DNA of 64,000 nucleotides from an uncultured Candidatus Peribacteria bacterium (lineage in GTDB: Bacteria > Patescibacteriota > Gracilibacteria > Peribacterales > Peribacteraceae). Shown piece by piece: positions 37,459 through 46,630 of this stretch. The notes under the pieces were generated by a model. The model had not been told where the DNA came from. It saw nothing but the letters and a program-made list of their open reading frames with translations, and did not search any database. Position 1 is the first letter of the stretch, and the number at the start of each line of letters is the position of its first letter. Position numbers and translations under genes: made by a program. The stretch covers positions 8,205 to 72,204 of the forward strand of contig CAZOJC010000002.1 in the NCBI GenBank assembly GCA_964580035.1, written 5' to 3'.

Positions 37459-38883
37459 ATGTTTATCCCCTTCATTCTCACTCTCGCAGTATCAGTCTGT
37501 GCCAACGCCCCTTGCGTTCAAGAGACACCGCCAACAGTGTCGCCTGCACTCGAACGAGTGGCCCCAGTAACTGTCTCTCGGCGTACGCTGATGGGGCAGG
37601 GCGAGAGAGGTTTTACGTCGTCGCACATGCCCTCGACTGTCAGTGTCCCCGCTCAGACGATGGACCGAGGCAGCATGGTAGAAGTCGTGAAAGAAGGCGA
37701 AGACCATATCTTCAGTGTATTCGTACGCATTCAGAATCTTAACACTCAAGAAACTCATCTCATTCAAACTGAGATCAAACAACGGCCTGTATTCCTCGTG
37801 CCTGGTACGTACCGAGTGTTTACGGAATCGTCACGATATGCATTTCCACAGGAAGCCAAGTACCAAGTGGTGGACACTGTCAGTGGCAGAGTGGTGGAAT
37901 CATTTCCGAAATCGCATGTGCCAGTGAACGCCATCGTCTTAGAGAAGGGCCAACACTTGCGCGTAATCCTCGTTCCTTCCATCCGATCTTTCAATGCAGT
38001 CTTCTACAGAATTGGCGCAGAAAAGACGCCTGCAGCGCACCTCTTTGCAAGGCCGTACCCAACGATGGATAGCGAGCCGGGTGCCTTCAATGGACCGGAA
38101 CAATTTCCGAGTGCCCAAACATCCATCGTCTTCTGGGGTACGCGTCGAAGCATGCTCAATCCGGAGCAAGCAGCACGCATCCGATCGGAAGGTGTCAGTG
38201 GAGTGAGAGCGGGAACGGCAGGACGCGTGTTCGACCCGGTGATTGTTTTGGGTGTCCGCACCGTTGCCGAGGACTTGGCCCGCGTCTTCGTCTCCAAGCG
38301 ACACTTGCATCTCGAGGATTACCGTGGCGCGCACCACACTAATTTCCTCATACAGCGAACGTCGAGAGGAAGGGTGCCGAGGAGCCTGCTACGGATGAGC
38401 GAGGCAGAGCTCGCGCATGAATTTGAAAAACAACTTCTCTGGATGGAAACACACAACGTGCATCGACCCACAGAAGGCAGTGGCTACGGTAACGAAAGCT
38501 TTATGGACGTACTGCAAAAACAAGCGACGGAAGAGATGAGGGCATGGCCTGAAACGAGCAGGAAGTCCACTGAGATGTACCGACAGTACGCCTCTGAGAT
38601 GACCTCAGTCATGAATACGTCGGGGGAGAGCGGCACTATGTCATTTGAGGGCAAGAGCGTGCGTGTGGGTGACGCGTTGCCGGAAGTGATGCGCCGACTA
38701 GTGCTTGCCACCCGTCGTGAACGCATGAATTACGACACCTACGATCCTTCTTCACTACAGGAAGTGACGCAGGCACTGGGAACAAGCATCGTCGCACGAC
38801 GGCAAGAGCTCAATACTATCGAGCAGAACGCCCTGCAATGGCTGAAGCAAACGAGACCGAGTATCGCTGCGGATCTTCAGTGA
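37459..38883 (+). CDS. secreted hypothetical protein (474 aa)
   Basis: Signal peptide MFIPFILTLAVSVCANA. No recognisable domain. Confidence 0.55.
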   Translation: MFIPFILTLAVSVCANAPCVQETPPTVSPALERVAPVTVSRRTLMGQGERGFTSSHMPSTVSVPAQTMDRGSMVEVVKEGEDHIFSVFVRIQNLNTQETHLIQTEIKQRPVFLVPGTYRVFTESSRYAFPQEAKYQVVDTVSGRVVESFPKSHVPVNAIVLEKGQHLRVILVPSIRSFNAVFYRIGAEKTPAAHLFARPYPTMDSEPGAFNGPEQFPSAQTSIVFWGTRRSMLNPEQAARIRSEGVSGVRAGTAGRVFDPVIVLGVRTVAEDLARVFVSKRHLHLEDYRGAHHTNFLIQRTSRGRVPRSLLRMSEAELAHEFEKQLLWMETHNVHRPTEGSGYGNESFMDVLQKQATEEMRAWPETSRKSTEMYRQYASEMTSVMNTSGESGTMSFEGKSVRVGDALPEVMRRLVLATRRERMNYDTYDPSSLQEVTQALGTSIVARRQELNTIEQNALQWLKQTRPSIAADLQ

Positions 38884-38905
38884 ACGCTGCACTCTTAGCC
38901 TTATG

Positions 38906-39556
38906 CTACTTTATAACGGGCTCAAGAAATCGCGCGAATACGTAGCCGTTGCCTTTCGATGTTTCCACCTGTGCCCAACCATTTGAGAGGAAGTATCGAA
39001 CCGTCACGATGTCGCCAAGCGCCAACTTCGCAAGCTCGTACGATGTCGCGCGAGCATCCATTCTCAAGCGCAGAATAGGACTGGTCACGCGGTGTGTGCC
39101 TTCGCTTACAGCGTGAGGAGGAGACACTGCGCTATGAACAGCATTCACCTGAGCATGCTCGGGCTTCACGTGGGTGAGAGGAGCGGTGCTCTCTGTCACT
39201 GTTTGAAGCGTACTGGAATACACGTACCCCTCGCTGCCATCTGGCAACTGTACCTTTGACCATGCATGGGAGAGCGGGCTTGCAAACGATAGCCTGTCTC
39301 CTCGATAGAGATACGCGATGATGCCCGCGCTTGGCTTTGGCGCAGATCGCACTGGCACTTCTGCACTTTGGACAATGAATCTACCTCTCTCGAGCACTGA
39401 TGACGGAAATGTCTGACGCACTCTCGCCGATCCCCAGACGGCGCGGCGTTCGGGGCTCGCGATCATCACGTGATCTTCAGCCTGCGTAGGCAAAGGCATC
39501 ATGATGCATGCAATGGAGAGTGCGACGAGAGAGAGTTGGCGGAAAGATGTACACAT
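38906..39556 (-). CDS. secreted protein with two bacterial SH3-like domains
   Basis: Signal peptide, then VRSAPKPSAGIIAYLYRGDRL...WSKVQLPDGSEGYV and GDIVTVRYFLSNGWAQVETSKGNGYV. Confidence 0.6.
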   Translation of the reverse strand: MCTSFRQLSLVALSIACIMMPLPTQAEDHVMIASPERRAVWGSARVRQTFPSSVLERGRFIVQSAEVPVRSAPKPSAGIIAYLYRGDRLSFASPLSHAWSKVQLPDGSEGYVYSSTLQTVTESTAPLTHVKPEHAQVNAVHSAVSPPHAVSEGTHRVTSPILRLRMDARATSYELAKLALGDIVTVRYFLSNGWAQVETSKGNGYVFARFLEPVIK

Positions 39557-39619
39557 GAACGTACTATAGCGAGCATGGCGTGTGTTCGCACTAAAAATCT
39601 GGCCTGATGTGGTGCGTTG

Positions 39620-40141
39620 TCACTCTGTCGCGGCTCTGACCGGTGCCAACTCACGAATAGCTGCCGTCACTTCTTCGTAGGTCATGCCATCAGATGCTTT
39701 GGATGCCTTGAGAATATCGTAGCCTGCACTGCGCAGCACGTTTACGTAACGCTCGTACCACACGGGGGTCTCGGGGCTAGAGAGAACAGCATCAGGGCGA
39801 AATGCCTTTGCCAATATCTTTGCGGCTTCAGCGCGAGTAATGCCGTCTGAAGGATGAAAGGACCCGTCAGCGTATCCACGCACAATGCCCGCTCGCATGA
39901 GAAAGCACGTTTCAGCAAAGAACGAATTGCCTCGACTCACGTCAGTGAACAGCAGTGTGTATGGATCTGGGGAGAGCATGTTCGGGCAAGCCTTGATGAC
40001 TTCTGGACTAGTCAGTGCCTCTGCGACATTAATGACGAATGAACCGCGATTGAGGCCTTCCTGTGCAGTGATTGCGAATGCCGAGGGAACTAAAGCGGTA
40101 ACAAGCGTTCCTACGACGAGAAGAGAGCGAAGGGTAAGCAT
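39620..40141 (-). CDS. secreted SLH-domain protein
   Basis: Signal peptide, then FTDVSRGNSFFAETCFLMRAGIVRGYADGSFHPSDGITRAEAAKILAKAF. Confidence 0.7.
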   Translation of the reverse strand: MLTLRSLLVVGTLVTALVPSAFAITAQEGLNRGSFVINVAEALTSPEVIKACPNMLSPDPYTLLFTDVSRGNSFFAETCFLMRAGIVRGYADGSFHPSDGITRAEAAKILAKAFRPDAVLSSPETPVWYERYVNVLRSAGYDILKASKASDGMTYEEVTAAIRELAPVRAATE

Positions 40142-40286
40142 AGAGAATGTAGGGAAGAAAGAGACACTGCACAGTGTAGAGCACTCTTAACATTATGCAT
40201 AACACAAGCAGAACGTATCGCTGGCTATTATACAAAGAACTACACTATCCGTAGACTTCACATCACTCTTTCCCACACCTCACTCT

Positions 40287-40481
40287 ATGGATCAGGATGC
40301 TATTCAGAAGAAGTGCGAACAGTTTCTGAGAGATTTAGGAGCGCCAGGCTTCATCGTATTCGGCTGGAAGAAAAGCGCTGATGAATTTAGCGTCGTTTCT
40401 TCATACCACGAGATTCCGCCGAATGCCGCTATAAAAGGTTTAAGCTGGGCTCTGCATGACTTCATCGGCAAGACGCTTTGA
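40287..40481 (+). CDS. small hypothetical protein (64 aa)
   Basis: Track ORF in an otherwise empty intergenic gap. The composition is protein-like. No motif recognised. Confidence 0.35.
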   Translation: MDQDAIQKKCEQFLRDLGAPGFIVFGWKKSADEFSVVSSYHEIPPNAAIKGLSWALHDFIGKTL

Positions 40482-40519
40482 TATGGCACTATCAGTGAAA
40501 ATGTGATACACTAATCGGA

Positions 40520-41938
40520 ATGCCTGTACGTCGCGCTTGCAGCACACTTGGCAATCCCAGTCGCGGGATCATCGTCCTGTACATTTTATTAATAGTGGCA
40601 ACAATGACGCTCATCGCTACGGTGTTCTTCGTGCGCGGGCGAATCCTCATGGAGCAGCAAATTAAAGATAAGCTCAGAAGCACGGCGACTGCTGCAGCGA
40701 TGCAGTTTGAAGATGCGCCACTGGAGCGGTTTACAAATGAAAACGCCCTGCAAGACAGAGAGTACCTAGCCATTGTCTCAAAACTTCAAGAAATCCGAGA
40801 ATCCATTTCAGGCGTACGCTTTGCCTACATCATGAGAAAAACAAATACAGAAGGTGAGTTTGCGTTCATTGCTGACGCAGATCTCGCTCTCTCTGAGAGC
40901 GCACTCGATAAGAACGGCAATGGCACTGTGGATGCATCTGAATCGCCAGGGTTACCCGGAGAGGTCTACGATGCATCGCAAGCGCCAGCTCTGCAGGAAG
41001 CGTACCTGCATCCGACGGCAGACGAGAGCTTCACTTCCGATGTGTGGGGCATGATGATGTCTGGTTATGCACCCATCCACAATGCAAGCGGAGCGGTCAT
41101 GGGTGTGCTCGGGGTAGATATGGATGCTGGGGATTTCACGGAAATTTCGAGGAGTATCTTCTCGCCTCTCGCGCTCCTCCTCGTGCTGCTCACAGCCATC
41201 ATCCTCTCGGGGATTGTGCTCATGGCGATCTCGAGACAGCAGGTCGACACACTCAAAATTCTCGACACCGAGCGTGCAGGACTCTTACGGCTCACCTTTC
41301 ATCAACTCGGAGGGCCGCTCACGATACTCAATTGGTCCCTCGAGCTTCTCAAAGAGAAACATGACTCTGAGGACGTAAAAGAGCACATCAGTGTCATGGA
41401 AGAAGCCATGAATCGGCTCTCAAACATTTCAAATTCCCTCCGTGATGCAGAGCGCGTGCACGACGGCACCATGAAGTACAAGCCATCCGTCGCCTCACTC
41501 AACGCCGTGATTCTGCGCAGCGCAAGCGAAGCCAAGCAGCTGCTCTCGCAATCAAAGCAGCGCCTTTCGCTCAAGCTGCATGCGGACCTCATCATGCGGC
41601 TCGATGCCAAGCTCATACAGGCCGTCATGCGTGAGTTGATAGGTAACGCAATGGACTTCTCCCCTCCTCATTCCACAATCACAATCATCACGAGCCGACA
41701 TGGCAAGTACGCGCGCGTGGAAGTGAGCGATAACGGACATGGCATCCCCAGAACGGATATTAGTAGGCTCTTTCAAGAATTTAGGAGAGGATCAAATGCG
41801 ACGCTCTACAAGTCAGACGGTAGCGGACTCGGGCTGTACATAGTGCGAGGCATCATTGAACAGGCTAGTGGCCGCATTTGGCTGGAGAGCGAAGAGAATA
41901 AAGGTACAAGCGTCATTTTTGAGCTGCCGATCGTATAA
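40520..41938 (+). CDS. sensor histidine kinase with no adjacent response regulator
   Basis: Two TM helices flank an extracytoplasmic domain. The H-box is atypical (LTFHQLGGPLTIL). The HATPase_c N, G1 and G2 boxes are present (LIGNAMDFS, DNGHGI, GSGLGLYIV). Confidence 0.85.
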   Translation: MPVRRACSTLGNPSRGIIVLYILLIVATMTLIATVFFVRGRILMEQQIKDKLRSTATAAAMQFEDAPLERFTNENALQDREYLAIVSKLQEIRESISGVRFAYIMRKTNTEGEFAFIADADLALSESALDKNGNGTVDASESPGLPGEVYDASQAPALQEAYLHPTADESFTSDVWGMMMSGYAPIHNASGAVMGVLGVDMDAGDFTEISRSIFSPLALLLVLLTAIILSGIVLMAISRQQVDTLKILDTERAGLLRLTFHQLGGPLTILNWSLELLKEKHDSEDVKEHISVMEEAMNRLSNISNSLRDAERVHDGTMKYKPSVASLNAVILRSASEAKQLLSQSKQRLSLKLHADLIMRLDAKLIQAVMRELIGNAMDFSPPHSTITIITSRHGKYARVEVSDNGHGIPRTDISRLFQEFRRGSNATLYKSDGSGLGLYIVRGIIEQASGRIWLESEENKGTSVIFELPIV

Positions 41939-42045
41939 CACTCTGTGATTGCGCAAGGAGGGTCACTTCATTACACTTCAGAGCATCGCCGTCACGCACT
42001 ACGCGTTTTCCTGTGGCGAACCCATCGGTCCCTCCCCTCTTTCCC

Positions 42046-42696
42046 ATGACATTTCCTCTTCTCATATCCTTTCGAGAAACGCTCGAGGCCGCACTCATTG
42101 TCAGCGTGATCCTTTCCTCGCTCCAGCGCCTTGGTCAGTCGCGCATGATGAACGTAGTGTGGCTGGGGATAGCGGCTGGCATTGCCGTGAGCATTGGCGC
42201 CGCAGTGAGCGTGCAATTTCTCGTCAGTGCTATCAGAGATACGACTATGGAGCTCTCAGAAGGCATAACGCTCCTCCTCGCCTCGAGTATCGTAGGGTGG
42301 ATCTCACTTTGGATGCTGCGACAGCGGAAAGAACATCCACAGACTATTGAAGCGACGATCACCTCACACGCCTCTCGAGGATACGCTCTGGGGCTCTTCA
42401 CCTTGAGCTTCGTATCTGTGGCGCGCGAAGGCATTGAAACTGCCTTGCTTCTGCAAGCGGCATTCCTGCAGGCAGAGTCCACATACGCCCCGATGGGCAT
42501 TGCTATCGGTTGTACACTGGCAATTGCAGTGAGTTACGGGCTCAGTAAGGGCATTCGCTCGCTTCCACTCAAAACGTTCTTCTCAGTCAGTGCGGCTCTC
42601 CTCATGATCCTCGCGGTCTCTCTTCTCATTCATGGACTCTATGAACTGAAAGGAAGCGGTGTCTTTTCAATGCTCATCGCAACAAGGCTGCCGTGA
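42046..42696 (+). CDS. FTR1/EfeU-family iron permease
   Basis: Two REXXE motifs are present: FRETLEAALIV and AREGIETALLL. ATG 42046 is preferred over the track start at 42013. Confidence 0.8.
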   Translation: MTFPLLISFRETLEAALIVSVILSSLQRLGQSRMMNVVWLGIAAGIAVSIGAAVSVQFLVSAIRDTTMELSEGITLLLASSIVGWISLWMLRQRKEHPQTIEATITSHASRGYALGLFTLSFVSVAREGIETALLLQAAFLQAESTYAPMGIAIGCTLAIAVSYGLSKGIRSLPLKTFFSVSAALLMILAVSLLIHGLYELKGSGVFSMLIATRLP

Positions 42697-42703
42697 GGCT
42701 CGC

Positions 42704-42720
42704 AAGGACGATCCGTCCTT
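42704..42720. terminator. short perfect hairpin between the convergent FTR1 and VanW genes (AAGGACG-atc-CGTCCTT)
   Basis: A 7-bp stem with a 3-nt loop, read directly from the sequence. There is no flanking U-run, so terminator function is uncertain. Confidence 0.25.
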
Positions 42721-42827
42721 GGGGCGTAGCTGTGAGCGCCACTACTGCGACAGCAATGACGAGCATTATCATGAAACTCCGTCCGACATGATTCATGTCC
42801 TCATGATACCAGAACGCACGGAGGCAA

Positions 42828-44192
42828 TCAGCGTTGTAAAGCCACTTCAGTGGCGGCTGCATGGGTCTGCGTGCTGGCAGCGGCGATCCAACGATCAGGA
42901 AGTGAGCGAGGCAGGGCGTTATACCGTGAGACGAGCAGCTCAGTAAACACCGATCCATCTGCTCTAGTGATGATGCGATTCCACGCTATCTCGTTCTTCC
43001 GTATCTTCTTGCCTTTATGGATCATATCCTCTGGAGCATTCTTATTGAAGTACGGACCGTCGAGCGTGACCGTTCGTCCATCTCGCATGCCGTAGATCAC
43101 CACACGCGCCTCGGTGCCTTCAACGTATGCCTGCAGTAGAATGTCATCTTGCGTGTCATTGATAAATGTGAAGTCCTGCGCGCCCATGAACACCGTCACA
43201 TCTTGCCCCACTCCGTACTTTTCGTAGTACGAAACGAAGAGACTGTGATTCTTCATCTTTCCCAGTGGCAAGCCTGCCCTGAGTACTGCTCTGTACACTG
43301 TCGTGGATGCTTGGCAGATCCCTCCCCCGAGTGTGGGCTTCAGTGTAGTTCCGCCGAAGATACCGAGCGCCTCTTTCCAGCCGTCTCTCGAGCGAAGGTC
43401 TCCGATCATTGCATTGAACGATGCCGTCTCACCAGCAGCGATCACAACATTATTCACTCGTTCTCTGAGGGCCTTGCGCACGTTGGACTTTCTTCCTTCT
43501 CCGGAACCGGCAAAGTCTGAACGGCCAGCCGAGAGAAATTCCATTGTTCCGAGCGTATCGCTCGTCAGATTGCGGATACTCCCCTCGCGTCGAACCACGG
43601 GGATAGAGATATCCGACACATTGTTCTCAATTGCACGGAGGAGAAGATCGATGAAGGTGCGTGCACTCACTTCATAGCCAGGGGCGGCGTGGGCACAATC
43701 AGTCACAGCCCTGCGTACGCCGTGCTCATCCACCGCCACAGACGTAAGCTCACAGTCCACCGGAGCAGGCAGCTTGAGCGCTGTGGGGAGCTCCTGCGCG
43801 ATACGCTCTGTGTTCAGCACCGCACGCGTCACGCCATACACGTTCTCCATCTTCACCCACGACGGATACTGCCGAAGGACTAGCGTCACTGGCGGAAGGG
43901 GCTCCATCGAACCCTCCAGAAGCACTGTCACAGACACCGTGCGCTTCATGATGTTCTCGCGCTGCTCGAGCGGGCTCATGGCTGAAGAAGATATTTGAGC
44001 ATACTGCACGGGGATGGTGGCAGCATTCACCGCAGATACTCTGCCAACCTGACTGATTCCAGATGCCGTTAGAACTGCGATCATTGTTCCTCCTCCAGCG
44101 GCGAGTGTCACGCAGAGTGAGAGTGTGACGAGGGAAGCGAGTACGTTCCTCTCATCATTTTTTCGTGCGGTTGCTCGTTTACTCTTTGGCAT
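42828..44192 (-). CDS. VanW-family protein
   Basis: N-terminal TM anchor. The VanW core reads GGGICQASTTVYRAVLRAGLPLGKMKNHSLFVSYY. Confidence 0.8.
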   Translation of the reverse strand: MPKSKRATARKNDERNVLASLVTLSLCVTLAAGGGTMIAVLTASGISQVGRVSAVNAATIPVQYAQISSSAMSPLEQRENIMKRTVSVTVLLEGSMEPLPPVTLVLRQYPSWVKMENVYGVTRAVLNTERIAQELPTALKLPAPVDCELTSVAVDEHGVRRAVTDCAHAAPGYEVSARTFIDLLLRAIENNVSDISIPVVRREGSIRNLTSDTLGTMEFLSAGRSDFAGSGEGRKSNVRKALRERVNNVVIAAGETASFNAMIGDLRSRDGWKEALGIFGGTTLKPTLGGGICQASTTVYRAVLRAGLPLGKMKNHSLFVSYYEKYGVGQDVTVFMGAQDFTFINDTQDDILLQAYVEGTEARVVIYGMRDGRTVTLDGPYFNKNAPEDMIHKGKKIRKNEIAWNRIITRADGSVFTELLVSRYNALPRSLPDRWIAAASTQTHAAATEVALQR

Positions 44193-44298
44193 GTGGATGT
44201 GGATATTTATGATGTAATATACTATTATAACATATTTATTTTATTAATGCAAATATTAGAATGATTGACAATTATGAGTATTGATTAAAAATAGTATT

Positions 44299-45765
44299 AT
44301 GAGTGTCGAATTAAGAAGCAAATTTTGTAACCACAGCAATAATATAGTGCAAGAAAATCAAAAAGATTTCGAAATTTTTTGGAAGGGGATAGAGGCAATA
44401 ACTTCTATAGCAAAAAATATTGAAAGTGACTGGACAAAGGAAGAAAAGGAATCTTTCTTCGGTACTATCGAAGATTGTGATCAAAGTTTAAGATTGCTAA
44501 AAAGGTGGACATCGATCAAAATGAGTCGTATTGGGCTCGAAAGCACGGCACCAGAAGCGCATGAAGAAAAAGTCTTAAGGGAATGGGGTGCAGTGTTACA
44601 TCTTATTCAGAGGTTGAAGTATTCAGGCAAATTTATAAAATTTTTTGATGAAATTGCTAAAGCAGAAAGAGCAGAATGTGATCTTTTAGAGAGAAATAAA
44701 GGTCTCATTGGGAAGTTAATAGATCCTTTAAGAAAGAGGAACAGGTGTAACTGCGCAAATGACGATATCATGGCTGATGGATTGATAGGATTAATGCGTG
44801 CGATTTATGGATTCGATCCAAAGAAAGCGAAGTTCTCAACATACGCATATAGTACAATTAATAATGAATTATCAAAAAAGCATGTAGGCGGCTGTGGTTC
44901 TCCATACAGAAGGCCAAATTATTTAAACCAGATCACTAACGATGGAACAAAATTGTTGATTAGAAGAAGGTTGAACAGATTACAGATAATAAATCTAGAA
45001 AATGATTTTCTCAATCCTTCAGAAGAGCTTCCTCCAGAACGAAAATATATCCTTGAACAGTACAAAAATATTGCAAGCGATAAGGAGGATTTTAATAAAA
45101 CAGCTGCAACAGTAAATTACTTCCGTATTCATGCCTCTAAGAAAATAGCAACCGCCCTAGCAAAAACACCTAAACCCAGGAATTTCGAAAATGCAGTGTT
45201 AGAACTTCCAGATGGCAGGAATGCTAATCCAGAAATTCATAATGAACAAATACCATATCCATTCATTTCAGCGGCATATCTTGTTTACAAATTAACTATT
45301 ACTCATGGTATCGACAATGCTAAAGCATGCACTCTCGTGGGAGCATTAGCACCTGTTTTGAAGAAAAAAGACGAGATGTTGTACCATGATCTTCCAACTC
45401 TTGATCAAGTAGCAACACGCATGACTAGCTCGGAAGACCAAGAAAAGACTGTGAAAAAGTCAGAGATTCAGCGTAGAATTAACGCTTGCCTACATGAGAT
45501 TTTCCAGTGCATACACGAAGTGACTAATATGAATTATGATATATACTGTGGTAAAAAAATAGCAACGATTGAATCGTCAAAAATATGCGCACGAATTTTA
45601 ACAATATTTTTTGACAATGCGGAACAAGACTCAAATAGAAATATGGAGATCTTTGGAATAAGCGATCTCCCTCCAGTTGAGGAGCAATGTAATGAACTTG
45701 GATTAGATATAAGTCTGCTTTATGGAAATATTTCTAAAATCGAAGCAGTGATAGATGAAGATTGA
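44299..45765 (+). CDS. divergent sigma-70-family-like protein (488 aa) in an AT-rich islet
   Basis: The region-2 signature is ERNKGLIGKLI...DDIMADGLIGLMRAIYGFDPKKAKFSTYAYSTINNEL. A weak region-4-like segment reads LPTLDQVATRM...SEIQRRINACLHEI. A TTGACA box lies at 44265..44270. Confidence 0.6.
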   Translation: MSVELRSKFCNHSNNIVQENQKDFEIFWKGIEAITSIAKNIESDWTKEEKESFFGTIEDCDQSLRLLKRWTSIKMSRIGLESTAPEAHEEKVLREWGAVLHLIQRLKYSGKFIKFFDEIAKAERAECDLLERNKGLIGKLIDPLRKRNRCNCANDDIMADGLIGLMRAIYGFDPKKAKFSTYAYSTINNELSKKHVGGCGSPYRRPNYLNQITNDGTKLLIRRRLNRLQIINLENDFLNPSEELPPERKYILEQYKNIASDKEDFNKTAATVNYFRIHASKKIATALAKTPKPRNFENAVLELPDGRNANPEIHNEQIPYPFISAAYLVYKLTITHGIDNAKACTLVGALAPVLKKKDEMLYHDLPTLDQVATRMTSSEDQEKTVKKSEIQRRINACLHEIFQCIHEVTNMNYDIYCGKKIATIESSKICARILTIFFDNAEQDSNRNMEIFGISDLPPVEEQCNELGLDISLLYGNISKIEAVIDED

Positions 45766-45845
45766 ACAAGACTTTGAAACTTTCTCACTCATCATTTGCG
45801 ACTATCACAGGATATTCACTCCCTCGCCCATCTCCGATAAATAAG

Positions 45846-46598
45846 ATGACTCTCAATCGTAACAATAGTAGACCCCCACGTACTGTGCATCACCTCGTTC
45901 CTCGAGAACGGGGTGGCTCAGACAAATCCGTCAACTTGAAAAACCTCTCAGAAGAGACTCATGGAGCAATTCACCTTCTTTTTCGCATTTGCTGTCCGCA
46001 CGAGATCTTAGCTCAGATTCTCCTTGAGAACAGAGGGAAATTCCAAGAGGTATGGCGAAAGAACATGTTGGCACTCATCGCAATGCCTCTCAATGAAATA
46101 TATCTTAGTGCAGCATTTCGCAGTGAAGAAGCAATGAATACAGCGGCTCTTAATCCATGTCAATCATACAAAAAACTTCAGGAACCCAATATTCCAAATG
46201 TGTACGTCGATACCCAAGCGAAATGGGAAGCCCGCAATATACTCTTCTCAAAGATTCCTCCACACGGAATGATTGCGCAAATGCTCATCATCTATCACAC
46301 CGTCCTTCAGGAAACATGGAAGGAACAGCTCATACAGCTCGTCTTACTTGAGCCTGCAGAGATCTATGCAGTTGAGAGCATCTCACAAATGATTGCGCAA
46401 ATGCTCATCATCTATCACACCGTCCTTCAGAAGGCATGGAAGAAAGAGCTCATAGAGCTCGTCTTACTTAAGCTTGCAGAGATCTATGCAGTTGAGAGCT
46501 TCTCACAACTGTACGCTGGGGATTGTGGATCAATAGACTTTCTTCGACGTGGGTTACTGCAACAAACTAAAAAATCTCCGACTACAGTTTTGGTGTAA
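45846..46598 (+). CDS. HNH-motif protein with three copies of an approximately 40-aa module
   Basis: HHLVPRERGGSDKSVNLKNLSEETHGAIHLLF is an HNH pattern. It is followed by PHEILAQILLEN..., GMIAQMLIIYHTVLQETWKEQL... and MIAQMLIIYHTVLQKAWKKEL... The start is ATG 45846, or TTG 45762 as in the track. Confidence 0.55.
   Translation: MTLNRNNSRPPRTVHHLVPRERGGSDKSVNLKNLSEETHGAIHLLFRICCPHEILAQILLENRGKFQEVWRKNMLALIAMPLNEIYLSAAFRSEEAMNTAALNPCQSYKKLQEPNIPNVYVDTQAKWEARNILFSKIPPHGMIAQMLIIYHTVLQETWKEQLIQLVLLEPAEIYAVESISQMIAQMLIIYHTVLQKAWKKELIELVLLKLAEIYAVESFSQLYAGDCGSIDFLRRGLLQQTKKSPTTVLV
46269..46508 (+). repeat. tandem direct repeat, two copies of 120 nt, inside the HNH-protein gene
   Basis: ATGATTGCGCAAATGCTCATCATCTATCACACCGTCCTTCAG occurs identically at 46269 and 46389. 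The rest of each unit is similar, with scattered substitutions. Confidence 0.9.
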
Positions 46599-46630
46599 TC
46601 GGAGGTCATTTTCAGTTAGATACTACTGTC

